DNA of 63,966 nt, filler included, from Octopus bimaculoides (GCF_001194135.2; 10 parts of 10 records of this genome joined end to end with filler, not necessarily neighbours in it); one strand, 5' to 3'; shown: positions 37,791-52,799, counted from the whole stretch's first letter. Translations and numbers: made by a program. Notes: generated from the letters alone by a model not told the origin.

Positions 37791-38019
37791 TGATGGCTCC
37801 TGGTTATTACTTGGGTAGGTACAGTCTTTTGTACAGTAGCAGGTAGTTTGGTTGGTAAACTGTAGTTTAGGTTATATACGAGAAGAAAATGGATGCAAAT
37901 AACAAGGAGAAACTACAGTTCTATATTTAAGAGATGAGGAATTATTTACATTATTTACATTATTTACATTTGATGGATATTTGTCCTCATCTTGTTTGTT
38001 GTTAACACAACGTTTTGGC

Positions 38020-38262
38020 TATCGGTGATTCAAGAAAAACTAGTGACAGACACCCATCTAAAAGAACGCACTAGTATACCAATAACAAACTTGATGGAAA
38101 TGTTGACTTTCTGTGTAGAAACTACCTACTTCAGTATGGACACTGATATATATCGACAAGAAGATGGTTTAGCTATGGGTTCGCCATTATCACCGATAAT
38201 AGCCAATATATACATGGAATACTTTGAGAATTTGGCTTTAGGATCAACACCACTAAAACCAA
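38020..38262 (+). mobile_element. Penelope/Poseidon-type PLE RT fragment
   Basis: L.ERTSIPI..LMEMLTFCVETTYF....IYRQEDGLAMGSPLSPIIANIYMEYFE.LAL.S.PLKP; runs into a gap. Confidence 0.85.
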
Positions 38263-39052
38263 CNNNNNNNNNNNNNNNNNNNNNNNNNNNNNNNNNNNNN
38301 NNNNNNNTTAATTAATTAANNNNNNNNNNNNNNNNNNNNNNNNNNNNNNNNNNNNNNNNNNNNCTGTGCAGGCGTTAGGGGAGGCCATCCCATGTCTGTT
38401 GGCTGTGGTGGTGCTGCGCAGTGGGGGGCAAGGTTCCTCGTCTTTGCTTGGCGTAGCCACGTCAGCTGCTGCATAATCTTTTGTGCCATGCACAAAAAAG
38501 ACTCTTGCTCAGCTGCTGCGTTGCATAAGATTTCTGAAGAGCGCACGTCCTTGAATTTTCTCCTTGAGGANNNNNNNNNNNNNNNNNNNNNNNNNNNNNN
38601 NNNNNNNNNNNNNNNNNNNNNNNNNNNNNNNNNNNNNNNNNNNNNNNNNNNNNNNNNNNNNNNNNNNNNNNNNNNNNNNNNNNNNNNNNNNNNNNNNNNN
38701 NNNNNNNNNNNNNNNNNNNNNNNNNNNNNNNNNNNNNNNNNNNNNNNNNNNNNNNNNNNNNNNNNNNNNNNNNNNNNNNNNNNNNNNNNNNNNNNNNNNN
38801 NNNNNNNNNNNNNNNNNNNNNNNNNNNNNNNNNNNNNNNNNNNNNNNNNNNNNNNNNNNNNNNNNNNNNNNNNNNNNNNNNNNNNNNNNNNNNNNNNNNN
38901 NNNNNNNNNNNNNNNNNNNNNNNNNNNNNNNNNNNNNNNNNNNNNNNNNNNNNNNNNNNNNGTATATATATATATGTATGCATATGTATATATATTTATG
39001 TATATATATGTATATATATATATATTTATGTATATATATATATATATTTATG

Positions 39053-39106
<54 letters not shown>

Positions 39107-39575
39107 GAATGTATATGTATATATATTATATGTATATTTTTATATACATGTATATATATATGTCTGTGTGTGTGTGTATATAGGTATTATATATGTATGT
39201 ATATACGCACACACACTTATCTGTATGCAAATATATTAATGTATGTTTGATATGTATACAATCATGCATGTATATTTAGATAGATGCACACCAATTTATC
39301 TAGTAGCTGATGTATTTATGTGAATGCTTGTGTTCATGCTTTTGATATACAGATATTTGCAGTTTCTCTTTTTATCTTATATCTGAAACTATTTGTTTAT
39401 TTTTCTTATGAATAATTGTTTTTGTATTTTTCTTCCAGATTTGTTGCTTCTAAACTATTACAGACTTTATAATAATCAGATAACCAAAGCAGTTGCAGAC
39501 TACTTTGTCCCTGTGGTTTATAAAATCAGACACTCCCACCTTATTTGAAACTGCGCTTTCACCACCACTACCACA

Positions 39576-40102
39576 ATGGTCTCAGCTCCAGGAACGTTGA
39601 AAACTGAAAGTCTTGGTAATGCTCTTTATTTGGACTATGTGAATAAGACTCAGTCTAAATCAGGAGTCAATTTCATGACTGATATTTCTAGTTCCTGCGT
39701 GAATAAATGTTTAACAGGGGAATCTGATGAAGATGGAGACAGTGATGATAACATCAATGGGATGTTGGAAAACTACAATACACCAGATTTTAAGCAGAAA
39801 ATGGATTATGTGATTCGTCTGGGTTATACTGTTGACCAGTTCAAGACTGTGTGGAAGAAGTTAGGCCCCAAAAAGGAAAACGATGTCTTACTAGCTGAAC
39901 TTTTGAAGCTTACTGATGGTTTATCAATGAAGTCAGTGAAGGATCACTATTCAGAGATGGAGCATAATTCAAGCCCAAGCACAGAGTCTGCTGCATCAGT
40001 GACTGAAAAGAGCAGTTTGTCAAAAGACACAATTAACAAAAACCCAGATGATAGTGATAATCTGCGCATGATCGTCATTGATGGCAGCAATGTTGCCATG
40101 TT
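39576..40102 (+). CDS. ZC3H12: First coding exon of a ZC3H12/Regnase (MCPIP)-family NYN/PIN endoribonuclease (exon 39439-40102)
   Basis: Acceptor ttttttcttccag|A at 39439 and donor TT|GTATGT at 40103 (phase 2). Encodes the UBA-like segment MDYVIRLGYTVDQFKTVWKKLGPKKENDVLLAELLKL and LRMIVIDGSNVAM, the NYN domain start with its catalytic Asp. In-frame stop at 39546 upstream of the ATG. Confidence 0.9.
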
Positions 40103-40397
40103 GTATGTATTTTCTCATTTCTCTCTTTGATTAGTTGTCTTTGAATGTAACACATTTCTCAGTTTAATAAACCCAGCAGTCACATCAATGACCATTGAGA
40201 TATTAATTGTCAAGGATCACTGTTGGGAATATTCTGTTGTGTGTCAGGTATAAAATACATCTGTCTTAAAAGCTGTAAGTCTAAAGATACAGAGAAATGG
40301 AGTTACATTTAACTGAAAATAACTGAAATAAGTACCAGTTATATACTTTATTGCTCCAAGCACATACCTTGTATATAATGATGTTGCTAATCTTATC

Positions 40398-40430
<33 letters not shown>

Positions 40431-40983
40431 GCGCACACACATACATATATAATTGTAAAAATAATTTTACATTGAAATGTTCTCATAAATATAGAAAAAT
40501 TTTTAATATTTCAATAGTAAATAGCCCATTAATTATAATTGCTTTTCTTATGACCTAATATTCATTTTTCTGTAAAAAGTTTTATCGTATATTTAATAGA
40601 TACACAACTAATTGTAATGATATAAAATTTCTGTTTATTCTTTCATTATATACTTATGTCATCAAAAGTCAAATATTAAACAGGCTTTTCTTGCAATATT
40701 ATATTGCTTCTTAGCAGTGCCATGCTAGAAGCGCTTGTGCAATGCCATTTTGAAAGCACCCAGCACACACTAAACAGTGGTTGGCATTAGGAAGTTGTAG
40801 AAACCAAGCCCAATTAGACTAGGACCTGTTGCTGCACCCTAGTTAATTACCTCTGATCAAACCCGCCAAAGCATGCCAGCATGATAATGATGATATATGT
40901 GTGTGTGTTTGTGTGTGTGTGTACGTGTATATATCGATGTGTATATATATGAATATATGTCTGTATAAATGTATGTAGATATA

Positions 40984-41022
<39 letters not shown>

Positions 41023-41079
41023 TTATATATATATGTTTTTTTATATATATGTTTTTTTGTTGTTTTTTTTACTTCTTCC

Positions 41080-41570
41080 ATCATTTCACTGTGGCCATGC
41101 TGGAGCACCACCTTAAAGGGTTTTAATCAAAGAAATCAACCACAGGACTTATTCTTTGTAAGCCTATGAATTACACATCAGCACCAGTTGTCAAGTAATG
41201 GTGGCGGGGGACAAACACACACACACACGCACAAATATGTAGTTTCTGTCTATCAAATCTACTCACAGGGTTTCGGTCAGTCTGGGACTATAGTAGAAGA
41301 CACTTGCCCAAAGTGCCACGAAGTGGAACTGAACCTGGAACCATGTTGCTGGGAAGCAAGCTTCTTACCATACAGCCAGGCTGTGTGTTTGTTTCTGTGT
41401 TTTTCTCTCTCCCCCACCCCACTACTTGACAACCGGTGTGGTGTGTTTATGTCCCTGTAACTGAGCCCTTCAGCAAAACAGCCCGAGAGAAGTACATTTG
41501 GCTAAACAATTTTCAAAACAGTGCTCCAGCATGGCTGCAGTCTAATGGCTGAAACAGCTAAAAGATATAT
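41080..41570. mobile_element. Two SINE family-2 fragments, back to back (41080-41378 minus, 41380-41570 plus)
   Basis: Match to the other family-2 copies. Confidence 0.7.
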
Positions 41571-41576
41571 ATATAC

Positions 41577-41607
<31 letters not shown>

Positions 41608-42139
41608 TGTCACTTAAAAGCAGCCAGTCCACACTATAAAGTGGTTGGTGTTCAGAAAGGCATCCAACTGTAAAAACCTTGCCATAACTGACCACACCTT
41701 TGCTGGTGCCACATAAAAAGCACTAAATCTGCTCTGCTGAGAGGCTGGTGTTAGGAAGGGCATTCAGCTGTAAAAATCCTGACAAAACAATCACGAAATC
41801 TGGTGCAGGCTTCAGCCTGGCCATCTCTTATGGTACCATCCCACCTATGCACATATACACCCTCCTATCACACACACTCATATACAAATATATGCATATC
41901 CGTATAAATGAAGGGGACATGTGCATGAAAACATAGACACAGAAAAATTATCTGGTTCACACCCCCTTATTCCCTTGAAGTAACCTTTAATATAGGTAAA
42001 TATTTCTTGTCATTTATAGAGACATTTTCCAATACATCATAAATATAGGAAACTCATTAATAGGCATAACCTAAAAATTTGTTTTAGTTCAACCCCAAAC
42101 TTTAAAAACATAATTTCACACAATGCAACAAAACACGAA

Positions 42140-42560
42140 GCTGGCTGTTCCTGCAGGGATAAAGGTTTGTGCTTGCTAAATGGAGGCCATCATTTATGAA
42201 GCCACCATAAATTCTACGAACACTAATAATATAGTCACATCCAAGAGATATGTGGGTCTCACAGAGGGAAATTTCAAAGCAAGGTTCAACAAACACACTT
42301 TAAGCTTCAAACACTGGAATAAACTAAAAACTACCAAATTATCCAGTTATATATGGTTTTTAAAAGAACAAAGTGTCAACTACAGAATTTACTGGAAGAT
42401 CTTAACCAAGTGTAAACCAATGGTAGTAGCAAGTGTGGTCTTTCTAATATGGAAAGATGGCTTATCTGGAAAAGTTCCTTGGACCCCACTACATGTCTAA
42501 ATTCAAGAACTGAACTTTTTGGATCATGTCCACATGTGACAAAATATTGTTACAGTTTTG
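42140..42560 (+). mobile_element. PLE 3' fragment: Cys-rich linker plus GIY-YIG endonuclease (same type as 679-3286, different family)
   Basis: GCSCRDKGLCLLNG / EAIIYEATI......YVGLTEGNFKARFNKHTLSFK......TKLSSYIWFLKEQ...Y.I.WKIL / SKCGLSNMERWLI.....LNSRTELFGSCPH. Confidence 0.85.
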
Positions 42561-42886
42561 CACACACCCCACCAAGATCAAGGCTAGAATCCACATTTTT
42601 ACTACATTCCTGCACAAGCTTCCCATATGTCTTCTTTTAATTTTTTGTTTTATTTTTTATATATATTTTTTCTTTTTCCTTTTTAATTCTGTGAATGTAT
42701 ACTTGTGTGAAAATATGTATATGTATGTATATATTTTATATGTATATGTATGTGCATGTGTTTATATGTGTATGCATATGAGTATAAGACTGTCTAGTGC
42801 ATAAATATGACTTTCATGCACATGTCCCCTTCATTTATACAGATATGCATGTTTGTATATGTGTGTGATAGGAGGGTGTATATGTG

Positions 42887-42938
<52 letters not shown>

Positions 42939-44045
42939 TACATATATATATATTTATATATACTTTATTGAAAAGCAGCAAAGATATCACAAAAACTGTT
43001 ATTCAGAGTTTCACATTCCTGTTTGTCGGACAGTTTTGTTTAAAATGGAATAGAAATAAGGTTATAAGCAAACATATACAATTAGTTTAATGGATACACA
43101 TTTGAAAATGATTCTGTTTCATTGGTCCTTTCAATTAATGGTCTTAAGCATGCAATGACAAAAATTCAGTATAAAATCATGTTATTATAAAATCAAAGAA
43201 AGCCTTAAATCAAAAAAGCTTATAAAAGGGCAGAGTCTAAATACATAGGGTAAATAATTATATGTAAAATATAAATCAATTAATACATTAAAAGTTATAT
43301 CCATTTAAAAATTTTAAATTTTCACGTTGGATTACATATACATTTAGCAGCATATGCACATACTAAACCATCTATAATATACATATATACACTAAAACAC
43401 ACAGATGCATGTACATAGTTGTATACATACATAGACATATATAGGCGAGACATAAATATATATACAAATGCAAATGTATATGTATGCGCCAGCACAAAAT
43501 CTCCTGGTGTATGCATATATAGGTCAGTTGTTATAGACGAAAGAAGGAGAAAGTAAACATTAAGCATGGGCAGGACGATAAGAATATTGGAGAAGAAGAA
43601 AAAGAAAGAGAAACAGAAAACTAGCGAGAGAAGGGAGGTAAAGATAGGAACATAGAGTGCTATGTAAAGACGCTAGCAAGTAGCAAGCAGAAATAGATAC
43701 TTCATAAAGTTTGTGCATTGAACGGACACAAAAAAATTACATATATATATATACTGACATATAAGAGACCAAAGTGTACATACACCGCTATATATATNNN
43801 NNNNNNNNNNNNNNNNNNNNNNNNNNNNNNNNNNNNNNNNNTTAATTAATTAANNNNNNNNNNNNNNNNNNNNNNNNNNNNNNNNNNNNNNNNNNNNATA
43901 TGTATGGGTGTGTGAGTGTATGTGTGTATATATATATATATATATGTATATGTATGTATATGTACATGTATATATATATGTATATGTATGTGTGTTGTAT
44001 TTGTATGTATATGTGTATGTATATATATATATATGTATATATGTG

Positions 44046-44092
<47 letters not shown>

Positions 44093-45051
44093 GTATGTGT
44101 ATGTATGTATATGTATACGGGTAAAGGAACGGGTAATATAGTATAGTACAACGAAATAAACAAATAAATAAATTAATCTAGTGGAAATTCATAGGAGAGC
44201 AATAAAAATAGAAAATTAAGGAGTTATCTCCCCTATAATAACAGAAAGATGAACTGTAACGGGATTTTAATAATTTAATGATTCAATATGATCGTTATGT
44301 ATGTGGTTTTTCGTGTTTTGTTCCGATGGTAACCATTCTTGAAGAAGTGCCAAATGTCAAAATCCAATGGACCAGTCATTGGATAAATTTGGCACAGAAA
44401 TGTTGACATAGAGTGGTGAATAAATCGATATATCGAGTTTGAAGTCTCTGTCTCTTTTGAATATGCTAATTTAAAAGTTAAAAACCTTATAATGTATATA
44501 TATATATATGCATAAAAATATATGCATACATGTGCGTATGGGTGTATGTGTGTGTGTGAATGTATATGCGTAATAGGCATGTCTGTACAAACATTGATAA
44601 ATTGTATGATTATTTATTTCCCCGTTGACAAATATGATACATTACTCTCTCGCTGACACCTTGTACAAGTAAAGAAGTATGATAGAAAAGTTTCAAGTTT
44701 TCCTCTGTGTCGGTGAATTATGTCAATGATGAAGACCACAACTGATGCAAAGATTCTCAGCCTGTTTTACAACTGTCTCCAAAGCATGTCCGTCTTTTTT
44801 ATTAAAAAAAAAACATTTGATATCTTAGGCTGACAGATTTCATAATGAATGGTCGGAATTGTGATCGTTTGACACACATAGGATACGGAAGCCGATTCCG
44901 TTATTATTTTTAACACGATATTCGGCACTTTTTGAAAGATCTCTAGCAATTCGGGTTTTTTTTATTACGGTACACACGCACACATCACATACACACACAC
45001 GCATGCACATAAACATATACATACATACATACATGCATACACCTATGTAAA

Positions 45052-45111
<60 letters not shown>

Positions 45112-45529
45112 ACACAGACACACACATATATATATACATTAGAGATGTCATTCATAAACATTTATGCCGTTTATGTACGAGCGTATATACAGAGAAAGAT
45201 ATAACGAAAATTATATACGATGCAATTTTCTGTGATACATCATATTGAGAAACATGGAATATAACCTTTTAGTTTTAATTTACTGGAAGAAAAATGAGAA
45301 AAGGAGATAGATGACAACTTTATTAGAATATATAGAAAAGTTATGATCAGAAACACTGTCAACTGGATAAAAGATGTACGTTTGGCTTGTAGTTTTATTT
45401 TTGTTCTTTTGATTTTACAAATAATTCTGTCACTCCATGAGTCGATCCTATTCTCTTAACCTTGCCGAATTCGGTGTCGATAATATAACATTGGTGGGGG
45501 AAATGGACAGTGTCTCAAAAAGATTATAT

Positions 45530-46133
<604 letters not shown>

Positions 46134-47795
46134 GTAATATACTATAACCATTTTAGAAGTGTAGCTCTGTATATTTTCACTTTAAAACTTGCCATAAAAT
46201 CTTGTCATTCATTTATGACCAGATTCATAATACGACTTTCTTCTATACCTACTATACGGCCCTCTAGTTTCAATATTTTATGTTCCATACTACTCATACT
46301 ACTTTTTATTATTGCCTTTCATTTATTTTAACCAATCTGTTAGTCTTGAATCACACTTTCTTCTAACTTTTCCTTGATTCTCCATTCTGTATACTGTTGT
46401 GGGTATAATCAAAATACATTCAACTGAATAATTTCAGTGTAAATAGCAGATATCGTACAGAGCCGGGACATCAAAAATTCTTTTCTTGAAGACACTAGTT
46501 TAAATTTAGTTTAGCAATGGTCAAGTTTTTTTTATTATTATTATTGTGTCTGTAATTGATGTTGAAAGTACACTTAGATTTGTTTGAACAAACTGCGATT
46601 GACAGCAGAACGATCACAAATCAACTATTGTTACATAACTTTAAATAGTTGGTTTATGGCTAGTATGTGACCAAGCTTTGCATATACTTGGTTTAGACTC
46701 GATGTTTGTCCGCTACAATGCGTGTTACCATGTAACATATGACGTCTGTTTCAATGCACAGTCACTACAGCAGGGGATAAAAAAAGGTTTACTTAATGAC
46801 TGTTTGGTAATTTAAATTACTAGGGATTCATTAGAAGTGATTGCCAAAATGCTCGCGTGATAACTAGGAACAGACATATCAGAAAGATTATACTAATTTT
46901 ATCTCACATTTAGTTATATTTTTGGTTTCATATCTAAAATATTCGGTGACTGCATCTTGTTAAAATAACTTTTGATTGGTAGTTATTACTTCACTTCTGT
47001 AATTAAATCGTTTAGTATTCGGCGTCTACCTTTGTATACACTTTGGCAATAAGTCATAATTAAGATGTAATCTCATATCTCTCTGCCTGCGTTTTCTTCA
47101 TTGCTTAATTTTTATATTTTCTGTCGTCTCTTATTTTTAAACTTAGGTCTCTTCCCTCTCAAATTCTTCTTTGCTTTGGTGTAATGTTTCTCTGAATATT
47201 TCACTATTGATTTGCCTTTTTAGCTGCAATTCATTAAAATCAAATTGTCAACATTTATTTTATTCTGAATTTCTTTGCAGTGGCATTATTTTATTTCACT
47301 TTAGTGTATCTGATATTTGTTTTATTAGACTGCCGCGCGATCATTCCGCACAATTACAACATCTAGATCGACACTGATGTTTCTGTGTCGCCTTTTATTA
47401 CTTATTTTCAATACATCACATCAAATAAAGATTTTTCGTCCAAACGGGTTGTGTCAAGTCATTTCAGATTTGATCATTTATAGCACAGCTGTCTATGTCA
47501 CTAAAAATATATACAGTCGGTAATGAATATGTAATGAATGCTTTTGGTTTGCTTGATGTTGTTGTTTTTTGTCTTGCTTTTTGGTGTATTGAGAGACCAA
47601 TGTGCTAATAGCATTTACTATATATTTGTAGAAAACTGTGATTTAGATATGGCTACTTATTTTGTGCCATTTTGAGGTATGGAACAAGAAAACCTAACAA
47701 TTAGAAGAGGAAATGACCATAGCTTGGCCCAAACCTGCTCTGAAATATCAAAAGTATTCAGTACAATAATTTATTGAATCTATGAACAAACGGAC

Positions 47796-47863
<68 letters not shown>

Positions 47864-47908
47864 TTTGGTACACAATTTTAATTCTTATTATTTGGTGCCG
47901 ATTGTAGC

Positions 47909-47933
47909 TGCGCAGGCGCGGCGGATTTAAAAG
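47909..47933 (+). promoter_or_regulatory. NRF1-like motif followed by a TATA-like element
   Basis: TGCGCAGGCGC then GGCGG ATTTAAAAG in an otherwise AT-rich region; motif only. Confidence 0.2.
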
Positions 47934-50900
47934 ACTATAATGTATATAGATGGACCATGTGCTGTGTGTCTTTAGTGTTGCACGGATGGCAAATTATTTT
48001 ATTTGTACATTGATGTTAAAACTCGAGTATAAGTGGTAACTATTGAAATGTTTTTATTTTTCATTCCCTTTGAAATTACTCTTATTCGTGGTTTGGGCTT
48101 TTAACTGCCCTTTCCAGCATGTAAGGTGTCCTGTTGAAGTCACCTCTTTTGTGTATAAAAAAAACGTACACTAATTTATATAACAAAGGTATGCTTGCGT
48201 ACACACGAATGCACACACATACACACAACTCCATGGTGAATATTTTCTCTGCAGCCCTAAATTGTTTACACTTCAGTTCTTCATAAGGAAATAAATAATA
48301 CATGATAAAAGCCTTTCTTTTAAACACATCTTGACAACGTTAAAATATTATTTGATTTCGAATAGAAAATAAGAAGATAACTATAGAACTGAAACAAAGA
48401 AAGAAAGGAAATTCATGCATAAAAGTAAATAGAAATAAAATATCGCCAGAAAACCTGTCTTTTTAAAACATATACTAGNNNNNNNNNNNNNNNNNNNNNN
48501 NNNNNNNNNNNNNNNNNNNNNNNNNNNNNNNNNNNNNNNNNNNNNNNNNNNNNNNNNNNNNNNNNNNNNNNNNNNNNNNNNNNNNNNNNNNNNNNNNATA
48601 TATATATATATATATATATATACATATTCTGTTATATATGATATATACATATTATATTGTATTATATGGCAACTTAAGTGAAAATAAAAAGAAAACAATT
48701 GAAAACTCAAATACTTTATTATCTTAGTTTCTTCGTTCATCTGAATTATTCATTGAGAAAATTGTCTACTAGGTTGCATTTCTCATTCTGAGCAATATAC
48801 CATAGTTTACATTATTTCTGTTTTCTCTGTGATTGTTTCTGTGTTTTTTGTTTGTGTGCATAAGTGTGTGTTTATGAGTATGTGCATATGCGTGTTATGC
48901 ACTAAAATGAAACCAGAATTGTAAACAAATGTTAACAAGAGATGCCTTCATTTATCTGGCTATGCACATTAGTGATACAATATATTTACCATATAAGTAT
49001 AGTAAGTGTTTATTGGGGATATGTATGTGTGTGCATGTTCCTGTTTTTTTACAGTTGTGAGCCAATAAACGTGAACAAATCTTCACTGATAAAAGTGTTA
49101 AATCTGCGAAGTAGTTTGAAATTTATTAAATAGAAATAATTGACTGTAACTTCAAGTTTTTCCTTCCTTTTCGCTTCCTCTAACAGTAAGTTAGATTACA
49201 GGTATTTATATATTTCTCTAAATGATATGACGTGGGAAAGGGAACCTATTTTTAGAGAAGGGTTAGTAGCTAGAATGTTTAGCCTCCTTCCATAGAGTAG
49301 CAATTTGTATTTTTTGTTTTGTTTTGTTTTTCGAGTTAACGTGATTCTGAAAGTGTTTCAGACGTTCTGTAATTAGCAAATAAAGTAATTTATAAAGAAT
49401 GGATAGGTTCCAACAGGTGTCATAAGTTGTTTAGTTTTCATAAGAAGGAATCGCATTGAATTTGCGATGAAATAAAATCAGAATAAGAAGGAAGTTAGTT
49501 CCGATCTAAAGGGCGTTTCAAGAGATGATTAAACGCGTGCAAAGAGGTCTCAAGTGTAGGAGTGTGCTTGAGTGCACTTGAATTTGCCTAAATATTCTTA
49601 TATGTGGGTGAAGATTGTTTCCAACACATGACTTTGCTTCGGAAGCTTAATTTATGCATGGGAAATTAGTCTTTTTACATTATGAACGAAATGCATTAAA
49701 TATAACAACAAACTCCTAAACTAATCAAATATATAGATGTCAAAAGTAATTATATATACGACTAAAAATAAATACGTCAATTCATACATAGTGCCACACA
49801 GGCAAACAAATATATCGAAATGATTTTTCATAAATATGAAAATCAAGAAATAGGACACCTAATATAAACTTGCAGAGTATTATATTTATATTTATAAATC
49901 AATACACAATGAGCTTCCAGGCTAGCAAAGATTTCGTGCTTCGCACTCATTCAGACCGCATATTTCTAAGTGAGATACTAAATATATNNNNNNNNNNNNN
50001 NNNNNNNNNNNNNNNNNNNNNNNNNNNNNNNNNNNNNNNNNNNNNNNNNNNNNNNNNNNNNNNNNNNNNNNNNNNNNNNNNNNNNNNNNNNNNNNNNNNN
50101 NNNNNNNNNNNNNNNNNNNNNNNNTATATATATTGAAAAATATATGTCTAAATGTTTGTGTTAAGGTAAATAACACTTAGGTGATGGCTACGAATCATTT
50201 CCATTTGACTATATCATGTTTTCACTTTGGAAATGATGGGTAAAAAATTTTGTAGAAAATGACAGTAAAGTACATGATGGTTGTAACGGCAAGGAAAGTC
50301 GAGTGTTGAAAAGAAAATACAGCAGAGGAAAGAAAGAATAAGTAAAAGTGGAAGAGGCACGAGAAAAAAGATGAATAAAATCCGAGTGTATTAGTTTCAG
50401 ATCTCCGTACATTTGTGTGGCGCTATTTCAGTGAAAGCTGTGCTTTACTATACCTTAACATGAGTTTTCGAAATATCTGCATTTTTCTGATTAATCTGAT
50501 TTGGTGTTTAACCTGGGAACTGTAGGTTTTGATGTTTCTTCTCTTTTCTACTGAGCATTAACCATTCACTTTGCTTCTACTTTAAAGGGTTTCAATTTTC
50601 CTATGATTTTCCACTAAGCGGGAACTTTTTATTGCCAAATATAGCCGGCAAATTTTATTCTTTTTCTCTATATGCCTAAAGGATGATGTATGTTTATAAA
50701 ATCTTAGCCTAAATTTATCTTCCGTCTATATCACGTTTACGTGCCACTTCTATTCCATCGAATTTACTTCCGTCTCATAAATTCTGGCTTCTGTGTTGCA
50801 AGATTTATCTAGTAGGCAAGTATATTTGTTCCTGTATGAGCATGTAGCTTCAGTTTAGTTACTGGCTTTGGGATATATTCTTTTATGTTAGTGGTGCAAT

Positions 50901-51389
50901 GTAGATCATTTTCAATTTGTGTCTGTTAAAAAGTTTTATATATCTATATGAGAGCGAGTGGTGTTCGAGTCACAAAATTATAAAATCTATTATATTAAAA
51001 TTAGATAAATTTTAAAATAGTGTGTGAACAATATGATTTTACAGCAAGGAGTAATGTGACTGACGAATAATATTTTCTCAGACTGCAGATATTTCCTTTA
51101 TTCCATATTTGTAAAGTTGTGCAAAGCTACAATTTTTAATTTTAATCTTATAATTTTTTACAGACTTTAATATATGTTATTTCTCTGCTATTTGTTCTAT
51201 AAGCACTGCACTTCTAAGAGTAACATCATTTACAGTCAAGTATGCTCCGACTGTGTGTGTTGTGTATAGAGTAAGCACAATCAGTTGTAAGTAGTCAACC
51301 CTTCTATAGTCGTTGAAATGTATTTATCTTTATGTATATACACCATATTATCTTTGTATATATGAGTGTGTGTGTGTGTGTGTGTGTGC

Positions 51390-51473
<84 letters not shown>

Positions 51474-51681
51474 ATATATATATATGCATATATATATATA
51501 TATATGTATATATGTGTGTGTGTACGTATGTATATATATATATATANNNNNNNNNNNNNNNNNNNNNNNNNNNNNNNNNNNNNNNNNNNNTTAATTAATT
51601 AANNNNNNNNNNNNNNNNNNNNNNNNNNNNNNNNNNNNNNNNNNNNTATATATATATACATAAATGCATGTTTTTTTTTGC

Positions 51682-51720
<39 letters not shown>

Positions 51721-51979
51721 TAGAATATATAGAAAATTAGAAGATATGTAATGGATATATTTATTTCACCAGTTGATATCCATAGGGTGACAGGCATTTC
51801 ACAGCTAATATCATGCAAAAATAATTTATTTTAGTCAATATTAAATTGGATTTCAACTGCATATGACTCCGTATTATACTACTACATATTAGTCTATGAT
51901 GTGGTTGTAGCCTGCTTGGAGCTATTTTGTGATTAGCACTGAATTATATAAATCCATGTATTCTACATTAAAATGTGTG

Positions 51980-52019
<40 letters not shown>

Positions 52020-52404
52020 TGTAACCCTCGTTTGGATAATTTACTACTTCTGAGGTTCTGCTAGCTATGAAACATATGTAATCTGACTTTATCTCCTCCA
52101 TTCTCTATATTTTGGGCCTTTATTTGCATATACAACAAACAACCCCTATTGCTAACTGTGAACTATAGAATTAACTCTATTCAGTTTATCATACTTTGAT
52201 ATGGGGAAAATTCACAACCTTCTGCGCCAATAAATCACTATTGTTCCTGGAAGTTTTTTTAATATCTTCTATAGATTGCTTGAAGCTCACTAACTGCCCA
52301 CACCTTGATCCTCGGATCTTACCTCTACATATATATCCATACATGTATATATACATGTATGTATGTATATGTATATATATATATGTTACAGTCTGTCAGA
52401 TACC

Positions 52405-52448
52405 GGCCATGATGAAATACCACAAGGTATTGAAAATACGTATTCGCC
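52405..52448 (+). ncRNA. Minimal type I hammerhead ribozyme candidate
   Basis: GGC-C(A)TGATGA-AATACC-acaa-GGTATT-GAA-AATACGTATT(palindromic stem III)-C17-GCC. Confidence 0.6.
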
Positions 52449-52636
52449 TTTATATATTTAATCCTTTATATTGTACGCTCAATATTCCATATATTCAATA
52501 AGACATTCAATACTTCATTTCATTGTACCATTTATTTTTATACTATATATTATATATTCTATATTCTATATCCCACATTAATTTTACAAGAATATAAATA
52601 AAACATAAAAAACAGAGTTGGGACTCTTTTAAATAA

Positions 52637-52699
<63 letters not shown>

Positions 52700-52799
52700 T
52701 ATACATATACACATATATGATACACACACATATATATATGCATATATACATTTATGTATGTACATATATGTACTTATATATATATGTACATATATGCAA

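Noticed and set aside
38364-38570. GC-rich 200-bp island between gaps
   Set aside because: Too short and isolated; no motif recognised in any frame.
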